The notes below the pieces were generated by a model. The model saw nothing but the letters and a program-made list of their open reading frames with translations. It had not been told where the DNA came from and ran no database searches. A stretch of 64,000 bases of DNA from Neocallimastix sp. 'constans'. Its lineage: Eukaryota. Where the stretch lies: assembly GCA_050613775.1 (NCBI GenBank), contig JBODTK010000011.1:1116001-1180000 (forward strand), in the 5' to 3' direction. This document shows, in pieces, positions 41,512-52,164 of the stretch (position 1 is its first letter; every line of letters starts with the position of its first letter). Position numbers and translations under genes: made by a program.

Positions 41512-42126
41512 TTAATGAAGTAAAGTCATAGTAATAATAGTTAGGATAAGGAAAGTTATATTGACTTTAATAATGCTAGCACTATCCTCCATATACATAA
41601 CAACTTCACTTCCTTGGTCCAAATCATTTTCGCTATTTGTTGTATTTGTAACACTGGAAATTGAAGCATCACCTGGACAGTATTTATAATAATTATTTAC
41701 ACTACAAAAAGTCTTATTTTTAAGTGGTATATGTTTATCTCTCATAGCAGCTGAATGTGCCCATTCTCCCGGTTCCGCGCAATCTCTTCCTGGCTTAGTT
41801 TTTCCTTCTGCAGTAGCGGTATGACCTAAAGTTGCATGATAATAAAATGCATGTATTTGACCATCAGTCATTACTGATACCAATGTACCACCTTCACAAC
41901 CATCTGGAGTACCAATTGAATAACCTGTTGGTCTAGCCTCTTCATTTACAGCTGCTAGTAATTTTCCAATATCATCGCCTGTAATAGGCCAATTTACATC
42001 CAAAGTGAAGCCTCGACGTCTCAAAATATTATTTTTTATATCATTATTTTCTTTAAGAACATTAGTAGCACTTACTCCGAAATAAAATATAATAGCAAAT
42101 ATGATAATAAATTGAAGTTGTTTCAT
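41512..42126 (-). CDS. Secreted, probably GPI-anchored lactococcin-972-family bacteriocin-like protein
   Basis: Signal peptide, RRR dibasic site, EGGT..AFYYHATLGHTATAEG..PGEWAHS..NKTF resembling the Lcn972 pattern (Y.H....HSATV....G.WA), S/T linker and hydrophobic C-terminus. Confidence 0.78.
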   Translation of the reverse strand: MKQLQFIIIFAIIFYFGVSATNVLKENNDIKNNILRRRGFTLDVNWPITGDDIGKLLAAVNEEARPTGYSIGTPDGCEGGTLVSVMTDGQIHAFYYHATLGHTATAEGKTKPGRDCAEPGEWAHSAAMRDKHIPLKNKTFCSVNNYYKYCPGDASISSVTNTTNSENDLDQGSEVVMYMEDSASIIKVNITFLILTIITMTLLH

Positions 42127-42810
42127 TTTAATTTAAATACTTGGAATATTAATAATTTTATTCAAAGATAGTGGAATCATGTTATTATATATATCTTAGT
42201 TGTATAAATTAAGGTTATTAACATTTGTTAATAAAATTTTGAATTGTTTGTTTGTTTTCATAGTATCTTTCATATTATTACTGTTATTTGTACTCTATTT
42301 CTATTTCATATTCTGAATTATAATATTGTGATATAATTTTATTTATTGAATTTAAATTAGTTATTTAAGTATAAATTAAATTTCATTATTAATTTTAATT
42401 ATGATTGTATAAAGTACTAAAAAAAATATTTGTTTACATTTTCTAAATTTAAAATTTTAAAATTTCAAAATTTTAAATTTAAATTTAAATTCATTTATTT
42501 GAGTAATATTGTCTGAGTTTCAATTCATCATATAGATTTTACATTTCCTATATTAACTATTTATAACTATTTCTTGAATATTTAGAATATTTTAATTTCT
42601 CATTCGCATTGAATTTAACATTTCAATTTTGAAATTTCAATTTTGTCATTTCAAGATTTAGATTTCAAAAAATTTTATTCAGCGAGGATTAGGATTTCAG
42701 TAGATTTCTCCTTTAGTATTATTTATTGTCCGGCAATGTTTTTATATTCTGCTAGGTAGCTCAATTTTCAAAATAGTAAATAACGCTATTTGGTTTTCTC
42801 GAATAGAGTC

Positions 42811-42826
42811 CATGAGACTCTTAATC
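42811..42826 (-). promoter_or_regulatory. Primer-binding site complementary to the tRNA-Lys(CUU) anticodon arm (half-tRNA primer)
   Basis: Plus strand CATGAGACTCTTAATC equals tRNA-Lys(CTT) positions ~25-40 and directly abuts the LTR. Confidence 0.72.
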
Positions 42827-43060
42827 TGTTAAAAATCGTTAATTTAGGTTTTATAATTATGTCAACTTTATTAATATATTTTATGATTAAGAGTTACTTT
42901 GTGAGTTACTAGAGTAACTAATAACTAATGTTTAATTCTATTACAAATTACATGCTTTTATACTTTTACATTGTGGCTTATATATTAATTTATCACAATA
43001 TGTTTCAATACATTTTAATTATATTTAACTCCTATTTTCTCCTATTTCACATATTCTAAC

Positions 43061-43061
<1 letters not shown>
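42827..43061 (-). repeat. 5' LTR of element C
   Basis: Identical by eye to 39579-39813. Confidence 0.93.
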
Positions 43062-43123
<62 letters not shown>

Positions 43124-44052
43124 TTTTAGAAGGTAAAAATGGGTTTTATGATAAATGTTTATTATGTATTAATAACTAACCTCAGATTTACAATTAAAGT
43201 AAAACCAGTTCTATTTATACAAGAACTGTGGCTAAATTTAGATACATGTTAATTTATTTAATTAATGTATTACATAATATGATTCGTATATTCATATTAA
43301 TTTAATCTAATTTAACATTTATTTTTATATCATAAATTTCTACTTTTAACATTCCCCCTCAAACTTGATTTTCTGTTTATACAAAAATCTAGTTTGCTTC
43401 AAAGAAGTTTAAATTTATTTAGTTTTAAATTATATATGCCGACTACGATGAATTTTTTTCATACAAGTTTATTTTTTGTCCCTTCATTGATAATTTATAT
43501 TTGCTTTTTGGTTTAGCAATAACCATAATTTATATGTTTTGTGGATTAGCATTAACCATATTATTTTAGAGGTGACATTCTTGTTCGGTCTTACTAATTT
43601 CACATTTATTTTATGTGGGGGTAATGTCCTTTCCTTTTTGTAATCATTGAGCTAGTTATGAAGGCTAGTAGTTCTTCTAAAATTCCGGCTATTATATCTG
43701 TTGTAATATAGATTTCACTTCTTTATATTTTTTGATTAAGAGTCTTTTGTAATTACCATTTTGAAATCTTCTATTACTTGTCAGCTTCTTTCGCTCAGTT
43801 GATTAGAGTCTTGAGACTCTTAATCTTTTAGAAGGTAAAAATGGGTTTTATGATAAATGTTTATTATGTATTAATAACTAACCTCAGATTTACAATTAAA
43901 GTAAAACCAGTTCTATTTATACAAGAACTGTGGCTAAATTTAGATACATGTTAATTTATTTAATTAATGTATTACATAATATGATTCGTATATTCATATT
44001 AATTTAATCTAATTTAACATTTATTTTTATATCATAAATTTCTACTTTTAAC

Positions 44053-44053
<1 letters not shown>
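43124..44053 (-). mobile_element. 930-bp TRIM-like LTR element
   Basis: 228-bp direct repeats at 43124-43351 and 43826-44053; PPT GAGGGGGAA next to 43351; PBS 43793-43825 matching the tRNA-Lys 5' half; inserted in (AAT)n. Confidence 0.88.
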
Positions 44054-44102
<49 letters not shown>

Positions 44103-44134
44103 GTAGTTGTAACTATTAATAATGATATTGATAA

Positions 44135-44177
<43 letters not shown>

Positions 44178-44436
44178 ATTATATTTATGAAATATGAAAT
44201 AATATTCATTGGTGAAGTATCAATAATTGTATTGAATAAAAGATATAATTTATTATTGTTTCTGTTATTATTAATTACTTTTGCTATTTACTATTATCAT
44301 CTTTTTCCATCTTTTAATATTAATTAAAATTATTTATTATCTTTTATAAGCAAATAAACAAAAAAATCAAATAATATCAATGATAAATATAATAAATAAT
44401 AAATAAATAAATAAATAATATAAAATAATTGAATAA

Positions 44437-44476
<40 letters not shown>

Positions 44477-45117
44477 AAATAAATAAATAAATTAAATAAT
44501 AATAAATAAATAAATAATAAATAAATAAATAAATTAATTAATAATAAATAAATAAATAAATAAATAAATAATATTAAATAATTGAATAATAAATAAATAA
44601 ATATTTAATAAATAAATAAATAAATAAATAATATTAAATAATTGAATAATAAATAAATAAATATTTAATAAATAAATAAATAAATAATAAATAAATATTT
44701 AATAAATATATAAATAATTAAAAATAATAATTATAAAATAATTGAATAAAAAAAAAGATATACATTTTAAACTTTGTTTAGATAATACTAACATTTAATA
44801 AAATTTTAAATTTATTATATATATTTTTAATATTAAAATATGAAGCGTTCTATATTAAATTTTATATAAATAAATTAAAAAAAAAAATTTTTAAAATATA
44901 TATATGTATAATATATATATTATGTATATATAGAATTATAAATGTTATAATAATAAAGGGGACTATAAAAGCAGTTAATTTTACTTCCTTAATTCTATTT
45001 TTTTAAAAAATTATAAATTTAATAATATAAACACTAATAAATTAAAAAAAAATTTATTAAGTTCAATAAATCAAATTCAAAAAAAAAAAAAAAAAAGAAA
45101 TAATAAAAATAAAAAAA

Positions 45118-45831
45118 ATGAAATTTGCTCAAATTGCTTTAGGTTTAGTCGCTGCTACTGCTGTTCTTGCTGATACTGTCTCCCTTACTGGTGACTGTAA
45201 GAAGGCTTTCGATGACTTCGAAGAATGTGGTAAGACTGAAGCTGCTAATGTTGAAGAATTCATTAAGATTTACCAATCTGACAAGTGTCAAAACTTATAC
45301 AAGGACCCAATTGCTGCCCTTGCTAAGTGTGGTGATTTAGATGATGAAACTAAGGACAAGTTAATTGCTGATGTTAAATTCTCTCAAGCTTACAATATTT
45401 TATACACTGCTAAGACTGAAGATGGTAAGGCTTGTCCATTATACAGAAACAACAAGGCCGATAAGGTTAAGGACACTTGTGCCTCTAAGGCTTGTACCAC
45501 TGCCTCTGTTGATGCTTACAAGCTCTTCGTTGAAGGTAAGAAGTTAAACAAGAACAAGGAATCATCTATTGCCACTTACGAAGAAATCTTAAAGGGTTTA
45601 CAAGAATGTGCTCCAGCTGATGCTAATGCTGATGCTGCTGCTAACAACTCCACCTCTACTGTTGCTGCTAACAGTACTGAAGCCAATGGTGCTGCTGCTG
45701 CTGCTAACAATGGTACTCAAGTTTCCGTTAATGCTACTGATGCTAATGCCAATGCTAATGCTCAATCTGGTGCCTCTACCTTAAAGTACACTATGGCTTT
45801 AGTTGTTGCTGCTGTTTACTTACTTTTCTAA
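45118..45831 (+). CDS. Secreted Cys-rich, probably GPI-anchored surface protein
   Basis: Signal peptide, 8 Cys, A/N/S/T-rich stalk with N-glycosylation sequons, SGA omega-like site and hydrophobic tail; strong codon bias (GCT, AAG, GGT). Confidence 0.9.
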   Translation: MKFAQIALGLVAATAVLADTVSLTGDCKKAFDDFEECGKTEAANVEEFIKIYQSDKCQNLYKDPIAALAKCGDLDDETKDKLIADVKFSQAYNILYTAKTEDGKACPLYRNNKADKVKDTCASKACTTASVDAYKLFVEGKKLNKNKESSIATYEEILKGLQECAPADANADAAANNSTSTVAANSTEANGAAAAANNGTQVSVNATDANANANAQSGASTLKYTMALVVAAVYLLF

Positions 45832-45972
45832 ATTAACAATATATAAATTATATTGATAAAAAAAAAAGAAGAAAAAGTAAAATTCATTTATTTTGAATTA
45901 TTTTTTTATTTAAATAATTAAATAAAAAAAAATATCAATGAGCAAATTAAAATAATTTAAAAAAAAAAAACA

Positions 45973-46009
<37 letters not shown>

Positions 46010-47386
46010 GTTAAAATCATATTCATATACGAACCTTTCATGTATTTTATTTTTTTTTTTTCTAAAAAAATTGATTAGAAAAAAATTAAAGTCGAAAAGG
46101 GTACCAATGTAGATTAATTTATATTAAAATAAAAAGTTATATATTATTAATATCATTAATAAATTATAACGATTTAGAATTTATTTAATTAAATTATTAA
46201 AAATAATAATAAAAATAAAAAAAAAAAAAAATAAAAAAATAAAAATTCGAAAATACTTTTTTAAAAAAAAATTGAAACAATCTAAAGAAAGTTATTTTTA
46301 ATTTTTTTTTTTTATATTTATTTATTTTTTATTATTTATTATTTGTATTATATTAGTAAATTAGTGCTTTTTATATTCATAATCCAACGATGCTTTCTTA
46401 TTTTATAATAATTAGTGAAAATCGTATAAATGTTAGTAGGATTCTGAATAATAATGCATGTAAATATATATGTGATATGGTATTGATTACTGATATAACT
46501 TTCTTTTTGGTGGAAGAGATGTAGATATGATTAATATAAATTAAAATAAGATATGAAATATTTATTTATGAATTTTATTCTGAATTTGTTTATACACTTT
46601 TTTATTTTTTTTTGAATATTACTATTATTTCATATAATTAATAAATAAATAAATAAAATTAAATTTCGCGATAATTGTGGCTGTATAAAAAACATCAAAA
46701 TTTATAAAACTTTGTTATGAATATCCTGATCTTTCATATGGTTTCTATTGGCTATTATGTAATAAAATTTTACATATTATTTATAATTAAAAATATAATT
46801 TTATAATAAAATTTAATTAGAAATAATGATAATAATTTTATATAATTATTATTTATAAAAAATTATTTTATTATCATAATTATATAGTAATTATAAATTA
46901 ATTTATCTGGATAAATTCAGAAACGAAAGAATTTCTTTCCAAATATTTAAATTAATTATTAATTATCATAAAATTATCATCATATATATATATAATATTA
47001 AATTAATATTCGAAGTATTTATTATTAATTCATTATATTTGAATTATTTTTTTTTTTTTTTTTTTTTTTTTTTATTTATTTATTTTATTTTATTTTTAAT
47101 TAGCTAATTATTTTTTTATTAACCATTTATATTGAAATAATTATTAGTCGTATAATTTTATATTATTTTAATATTATTTTATATCAAAAATATATATTAT
47201 CTATATTAAATATTAGTAATAGTTTAAGCAAGCGATTAATTATAACAATTAAAATATTTTTATTCTTTAATATCTCGAGCTTATAATTATATGAAAATGA
47301 AGCTAAGGTCAATAGCTTCCTAGAAATTTTGGTTAGAAGTTGATACCATTAGAAAACTTAGATAACGTGTTACGAAGGTATGACAT

Positions 47387-47419
<33 letters not shown>

Positions 47420-48272
47420 AGTTCTGTTTGTTTATTTTTTCTTAAATTGTTAATCGTTTATATTAAAATTTTTTTTTGATCTAATTTTTGAAATAATTGA
47501 TTCCATATAAAAATCCTTTTATATATTATTTTTTTAGTAGCAAATATTCTTGATTTCTAAATATTTTTAAATATTTGAATAATAAATGATTTTTTTAAAT
47601 ATTTGATTTATGCTAATTAATATTATAAAATTATAGTATATATATTATGTATAAATAAATTATAAACCTTTTTCTTTTTCTTAAAGAAAGTATATAAAAA
47701 GTACTTTTCGTGAAATGGTTTAGTAGGCCACCTCATTAATCACTCATCCAAAGCGACTACTTCACTACTTGTAAAAGGTAAGTTTACCACCAACTAAAAT
47801 AACGAATAATTAATTTGACAAGGGCTGTTGAAATTATAACTGAATTAAATATCAAATTCACAATTTCAATAATTCAATCATAGTAATATCAATGAAATAA
47901 ATAAATATTATTATTAAATAATAATAATATTAAAAATATAACTAAAATATATTATTAGCCACAAATACTGAGAAATATTAATTATCTTAATTATTATTCT
48001 TAATAAACTTTTAATTTGGATACTAAAAAACTCTCCTAGGCCTACTGGTTCAGGAGTAATTTTATTAAAAAATTATATATTATAGTCATCATTAAATATG
48101 ATTCATAAATCATATCATTATAATAATTTATGTTTTTATTAACCTTATTATATATTAATTCATTATAATATGATTAAATTAAATTTTATATTTATAAATC
48201 TTAATTAAATTAGCTATTATTAAATTAAATCTATAGTTTATTACAATATATATTTTATTTTTAATGTTAATA

Positions 48273-48355
48273 TTTTGTAAATATTAATAATATAAAATAA
48301 TACTGAAATTAATAAAATATTTCAGTATTATTTTATATTATTAATATTTACAAAA
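48273..48355. repeat. Perfect 37-bp inverted repeat with 9-nt loop
   Basis: TTTTGTAAATATTAATAATATAAAATAATACTGAAAT and its exact reverse complement. Confidence 0.9.
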
Positions 48356-48549
48356 GTATAAAAGGAGAAATGATTGTAGTATCTTTTGTTTCCTTTGTAA
48401 GGTTCGTGTGTGTATGTGTATTCGAATTTCACACAATAATTATAATATTAATATTAATTAGATATATATATATATATATATATATTTTTTTAACTTTTAC
48501 TTTTTTTTCCTTAGAAAGAAAGGATAACAATAAAAATAATCAATCTTTT

Positions 48550-48631
48550 CGTCACCTGCAGGACTCGAACCTGCGCTCCCAAAGGGAAATGGCTTAGCAG
48601 GCCACCGCGTTAACCACTCCGCCAAAGTGAC
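48550..48631 (-). tRNA. tRNA-Ser(GCT)
   Basis: GTCACTT/AGGTGAC acceptor, TGGCGGAGTGG A box, TGGC-CTGCTAA-GCCA anticodon arm, long variable arm, GGTTCGAGTCC. Confidence 0.95.
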
Positions 48632-48646
48632 TACGTTGGTTGTTAG

Positions 48647-49681
48647 TGATAAAGAATGAATTAATAACCTTTATTTTATTATTAATAATTCTTTACTAAA
48701 TTGTACTTTCCTATATTCTTCATAACCTAAACCTCATTGTAAATTTAATTTATTTTGATATAAATTAATTTTAACTTGTAAATAATGTAAATAAATTTTA
48801 ATTAATTACTTTATTGTTATATTATTAAATATATGTATATATTAAAATACAATTATAAATATTAAAATTATACTTTTAAGATACTAAATTATTAAAACTA
48901 TTAATTAAATATTATTATAAAAATTATTATAAAATTATTAAAATTATTAATATTATTAATTAAATATTATTCTAAAAATTATTATAAATTATTAATATTA
49001 TAAAATTATTAAAATTATTAAATATTATTATAAAAATTTATATATTATAACTATTAAATATTATTATAAAATTATTAAGATTATTAATTAAATTTATTAT
49101 TAAAAATTATTATTAAAAATTTTTACTTATTATAAAAATTACTATTTAAATATTATCAAATTTATTAATTAAATATTATAAAAATTTTATTTTATTTTGA
49201 AAATAATTACAAGTATTATTTAAAATAATTAAAGATTATTAAATTTATTATATTAATCTTTAAAAACAATTTATTTAACTTAAAAATATCAAAGAAAATA
49301 GTAAAAACTATTTTCTATATATTTATTTTATAATTATTTTTAATTAAATTATATTTGAATATTATATTATTATATTTATAAAAATTAAAACAAAAATGAA
49401 TTATTGATATAAAATTAATTCAATAATTCTATAAAATTACTTAAATTATAAACAATTAATTATACTTTAAATTTATAAAAAAATATAAATATTGTAACAA
49501 TTTCTTAAAAAAAATTAAATATGTGTACTTTAAATAAAAAAAAAAAAAACTTTTATATTAATAAAAAAAATAAATAATTTTTAATAAAGAAAGATTTATT
49601 TTTTTTTAAAATCAAAGCAGGGTAATACCCGTCCCCCCCTGCTTGATTTTAAATATCTAAGTGTCAACCCCGAGTCTACCA
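48647..49681 (+). repeat. 5' LTR of element D
   Basis: TGATAAAG...TACCA; same length as and apparently identical to 56191-57225. Confidence 0.94.
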
Positions 49682-49685
49682 AAAT

Positions 49686-49703
49686 TGGTGGAGATATCGG
49701 GGA
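49686..49703 (+). promoter_or_regulatory. Primer-binding site, tRNA-Ala
   Basis: TGGTGGAGATATCGGGGA, 4 nt after the LTR; complement of a tRNA-Ala-type 3' end. Confidence 0.8.
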
Positions 49704-50048
49704 AGAAGAAGACCAAGAAGAAGACCAAGAAGAAAACCAAGAAGAAAACCAAGAAGAAGACCAAGAAGAAGACCAAGAAGAAAACCAAGAAGAAGACCAA
49801 GAAGAAGACCAAGAAGAAGACCAAGAAGAAAACCAAGAAGAAAACCAAGTGGAAGAAGACCAAGAAAAAGAAAACCAAGAAGAAAACCAAGTGGAAGAAG
49901 ACCAAGAAAAAGAAAACCAAGAAGAAGACCAAGAAGAAGACCAAGAAGAAAACCAAGAAGAAAACCAAGAAGAAAACCAAGAAGAAGACCAAGAAGAAGA
50001 CCAAGAAGAAGACCAAGAAGAAGAGACCAAGAAGGAGAAGACCAAGAA
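49704..50048 (+). repeat. 12-bp purine-rich tandem repeat GAAGAA(G/A)ACCAA in leader of element D
   Basis: More than 25 units directly after the PBS. Confidence 0.9.
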
Positions 50049-50147
50049 GGAAATTGGAACTACTAGGACTTATTTTTTTTTTGGAATTATGAGAATAATT
50101 TTTTTTAAATTAAATTTAATAGAATTAAATTAAATTAAATTAAAAAC

Positions 50148-50186
<39 letters not shown>

Positions 50187-50220
50187 CACACTTTTACATT
50201 CATCATCATATTTTTTTTTA

Positions 50221-50754
50221 TTGTTATCGGTTTTTGTGTTGTTGTTGTGGTTGGTGTTGTTGTTGTGATTGTTGTTGTTGTGGTAGTAATAAAAATTAAC
50301 ATCAGTTTTATTTGGTCTTCGCGTGCTCCAAATAAAACTATATACTGAGTGTACTGCGTACTAAGCAGTTATAGATAATTCTATAATTGCGAGTGGTTTA
50401 ATCAGGTGTCTGGAGAGGGGCCGGTTACTAACTAATCGAACCCCGATTAGATATAGCGGTAAATACTGTTGGGAAGCAGAAATTACCCTATAGATCACCC
50501 ATTATACGTTCAACACGGTTTGGGTGCTCCTCCACTTGACTCAGGCAAATTCACTTAGTATACCGAAATACTAAGGTCCCTCTGCGTGGTCGGCAGTTGT
50601 AATAGATAGCGGTTTTTCAAGTTGTATTAGGTTTGTTAATTTACCTTGTTTTTAATTAAGTTTATTTGTTTTTTTTAAGTTGTAATTATATAAACTTAAT
50701 AATAATTGTAATTGTAATTGTAATTGTAAATATTGTAATAATAACCGATAACAA
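50221..50754 (+). other. Putative structured RNA domain in the 5' leader of element D
   Basis: GC-enriched island with several helices, closed by TTGTTATCGGTT/AACCGATAACAA. Confidence 0.6.
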
Positions 50755-51164
50755 ATAAATAAATAAAAAAAAAAAAAAAAAAAAAAAAAATATTAATTCT
50801 TGTGTTTTTAAATATTTTTAATTGCTATATTAAAAAAAAAAAAAATTTTTTTTGTAAATAATTGTATATATTTTTTTTATTTAAGTAAAGATAAACGAAA
50901 GGGGTTATTAGCTTGAAAGAATAGTGAACACTCCAACTAGTTTATTAATTTATATTTATTCTAGTGTCCAGGAGGGGGAGTACGGGTGTATATAGCAAAA
51001 TTAAATATACACTAGCCGGAAACGTCTCACTAGAGATATAAATTACTTAAATATATAATTTTAATTGTAAATAAATAAATAAATAAATAAAAATATAGCA
51101 ATTAAATAATTAATAAAACAATTTTTTTATTTTATTTTTTTTAAAAGTGTGTTTTTTTTTTAAA

Positions 51165-52121
51165 ATGAGTACAATTAATTTTAAAGATTTAAAAAAGGAA
51201 CTTAAGGATATTGAAAAAATATCCAAAGAAAATTTAGATGTTAAAACTTGGAAGTCTGATTTAGAGCTTTGGATAAAGCTTGAACATGTTGAAGACTCCA
51301 AGATTATATTTTATGCCTGTGTTTTAACCTCAATTGGTGAAACCAGGAAAGTCATCCAAGAATTAATGGATGATAATGATAAAGATGATGATAGTGATAG
51401 TGATGATGATGATGATGATAATGATGATGATGATGATAATTATAAGGATATTGATGATGAAAATGAGGATGATGATAATGAAGAAGATAAAGAAATTGAT
51501 AAAAAGAATAAGGCTTATCCTTCCCTTAATAGAATTGTAAAAGCTATAGAAGAATTTTATGGCATTAGGGAGGATCAAAATAATTTATTAAGAGAGCTAC
51601 GTGCTCTAAGAATTAAGAGGAATGAAAGAATCAAAGATTTTAATATTAAGTATAAAACTTTATATTTAAAATTAAATAAAAAGAAAAGAAGTCAGATAAG
51701 TGTTTTAGATTACACAGACTCCATTGAAAACAATGTTGAAGCCTGGAAACGTCTAACCTTATTTGATAACATTTCTCTGTCAAAAGCCTTTAAAATTGCT
51801 GAAAAAGCAGATAGGTTAAATTATATGGGTAGTAATCAAAGAAGACATCCTTCTACCCCTTCACCTTCTGCAAATACATCTTCTTTTAGTAATAGAGTTA
51901 ATTTTCATCCTCCTATTAAAAATAAGTTAGAACAAAAAGTTAATATTAAACCTAAAGAAGATAATGACATAGAGGAATTAACAAGAAAAATGAGAAGTTT
52001 AACAATAAAGGCTTGTTATTTCTGTAAAGAACCAGGTCATTATCAAAACAATTGCCCAAAGTTGAGAGCAATTGTTGAGAAAAATAGGAAGGAAATTAGA
52101 AACAATAAACGTTTAAATTGA
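51165..52121 (+). CDS. gag: Gag with acidic insert and CCHC knuckle
   Basis: CYFCKEPGHYQNNC; ATG at 51165. Confidence 0.92.
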   Translation: MSTINFKDLKKELKDIEKISKENLDVKTWKSDLELWIKLEHVEDSKIIFYACVLTSIGETRKVIQELMDDNDKDDDSDSDDDDDDNDDDDDNYKDIDDENEDDDNEEDKEIDKKNKAYPSLNRIVKAIEEFYGIREDQNNLLRELRALRIKRNERIKDFNIKYKTLYLKLNKKKRSQISVLDYTDSIENNVEAWKRLTLFDNISLSKAFKIAEKADRLNYMGSNQRRHPSTPSPSANTSSFSNRVNFHPPIKNKLEQKVNIKPKEDNDIEELTRKMRSLTIKACYFCKEPGHYQNNCPKLRAIVEKNRKEIRNNKRLN

Positions 52122-52164
52122 GTAATGGGATAAGAAGCTCTCCCATACTTAATAAAGCAGCTTC
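52112..52164 (+). promoter_or_regulatory. -1 frameshift signal with predicted H-type pseudoknot
   Basis: T TTA AAT, 6-nt spacer, stem 1 ATGGGA/TCCCAT, stem 2 GAAGCT/AGCTTC. Confidence 0.82.

Larger units (their letters stand above)
39579..43061 (-). mobile_element. Non-autonomous LTR element C (copia-type signals) carrying a bacteriocin-like cargo gene
   Basis: 235-bp LTRs, identical by eye (TGTTA...TAACA); PPT AAGGGGGAA next to 39813; PBS at 42811-42826; ATAAT flanks within (AAT)n; no gag/pol ORF. Confidence 0.9.

Noticed and set aside
48370..48597. 75-aa ORF
   Set aside because: Low complexity and overlaps tRNA-Ser antisense
49596..50133. KKKT/EEDQ/SSSW/FFLV repeat ORFs
   Set aside because: All frames of one 12-bp tandem repeat with non-ATG starts; treated as non-coding leader
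50300..50620. Group I intron, RNase P/MRP or hammerhead assignment for the structured leader
   Set aside because: Could not find the diagnostic conserved cores by eye; left unassigned
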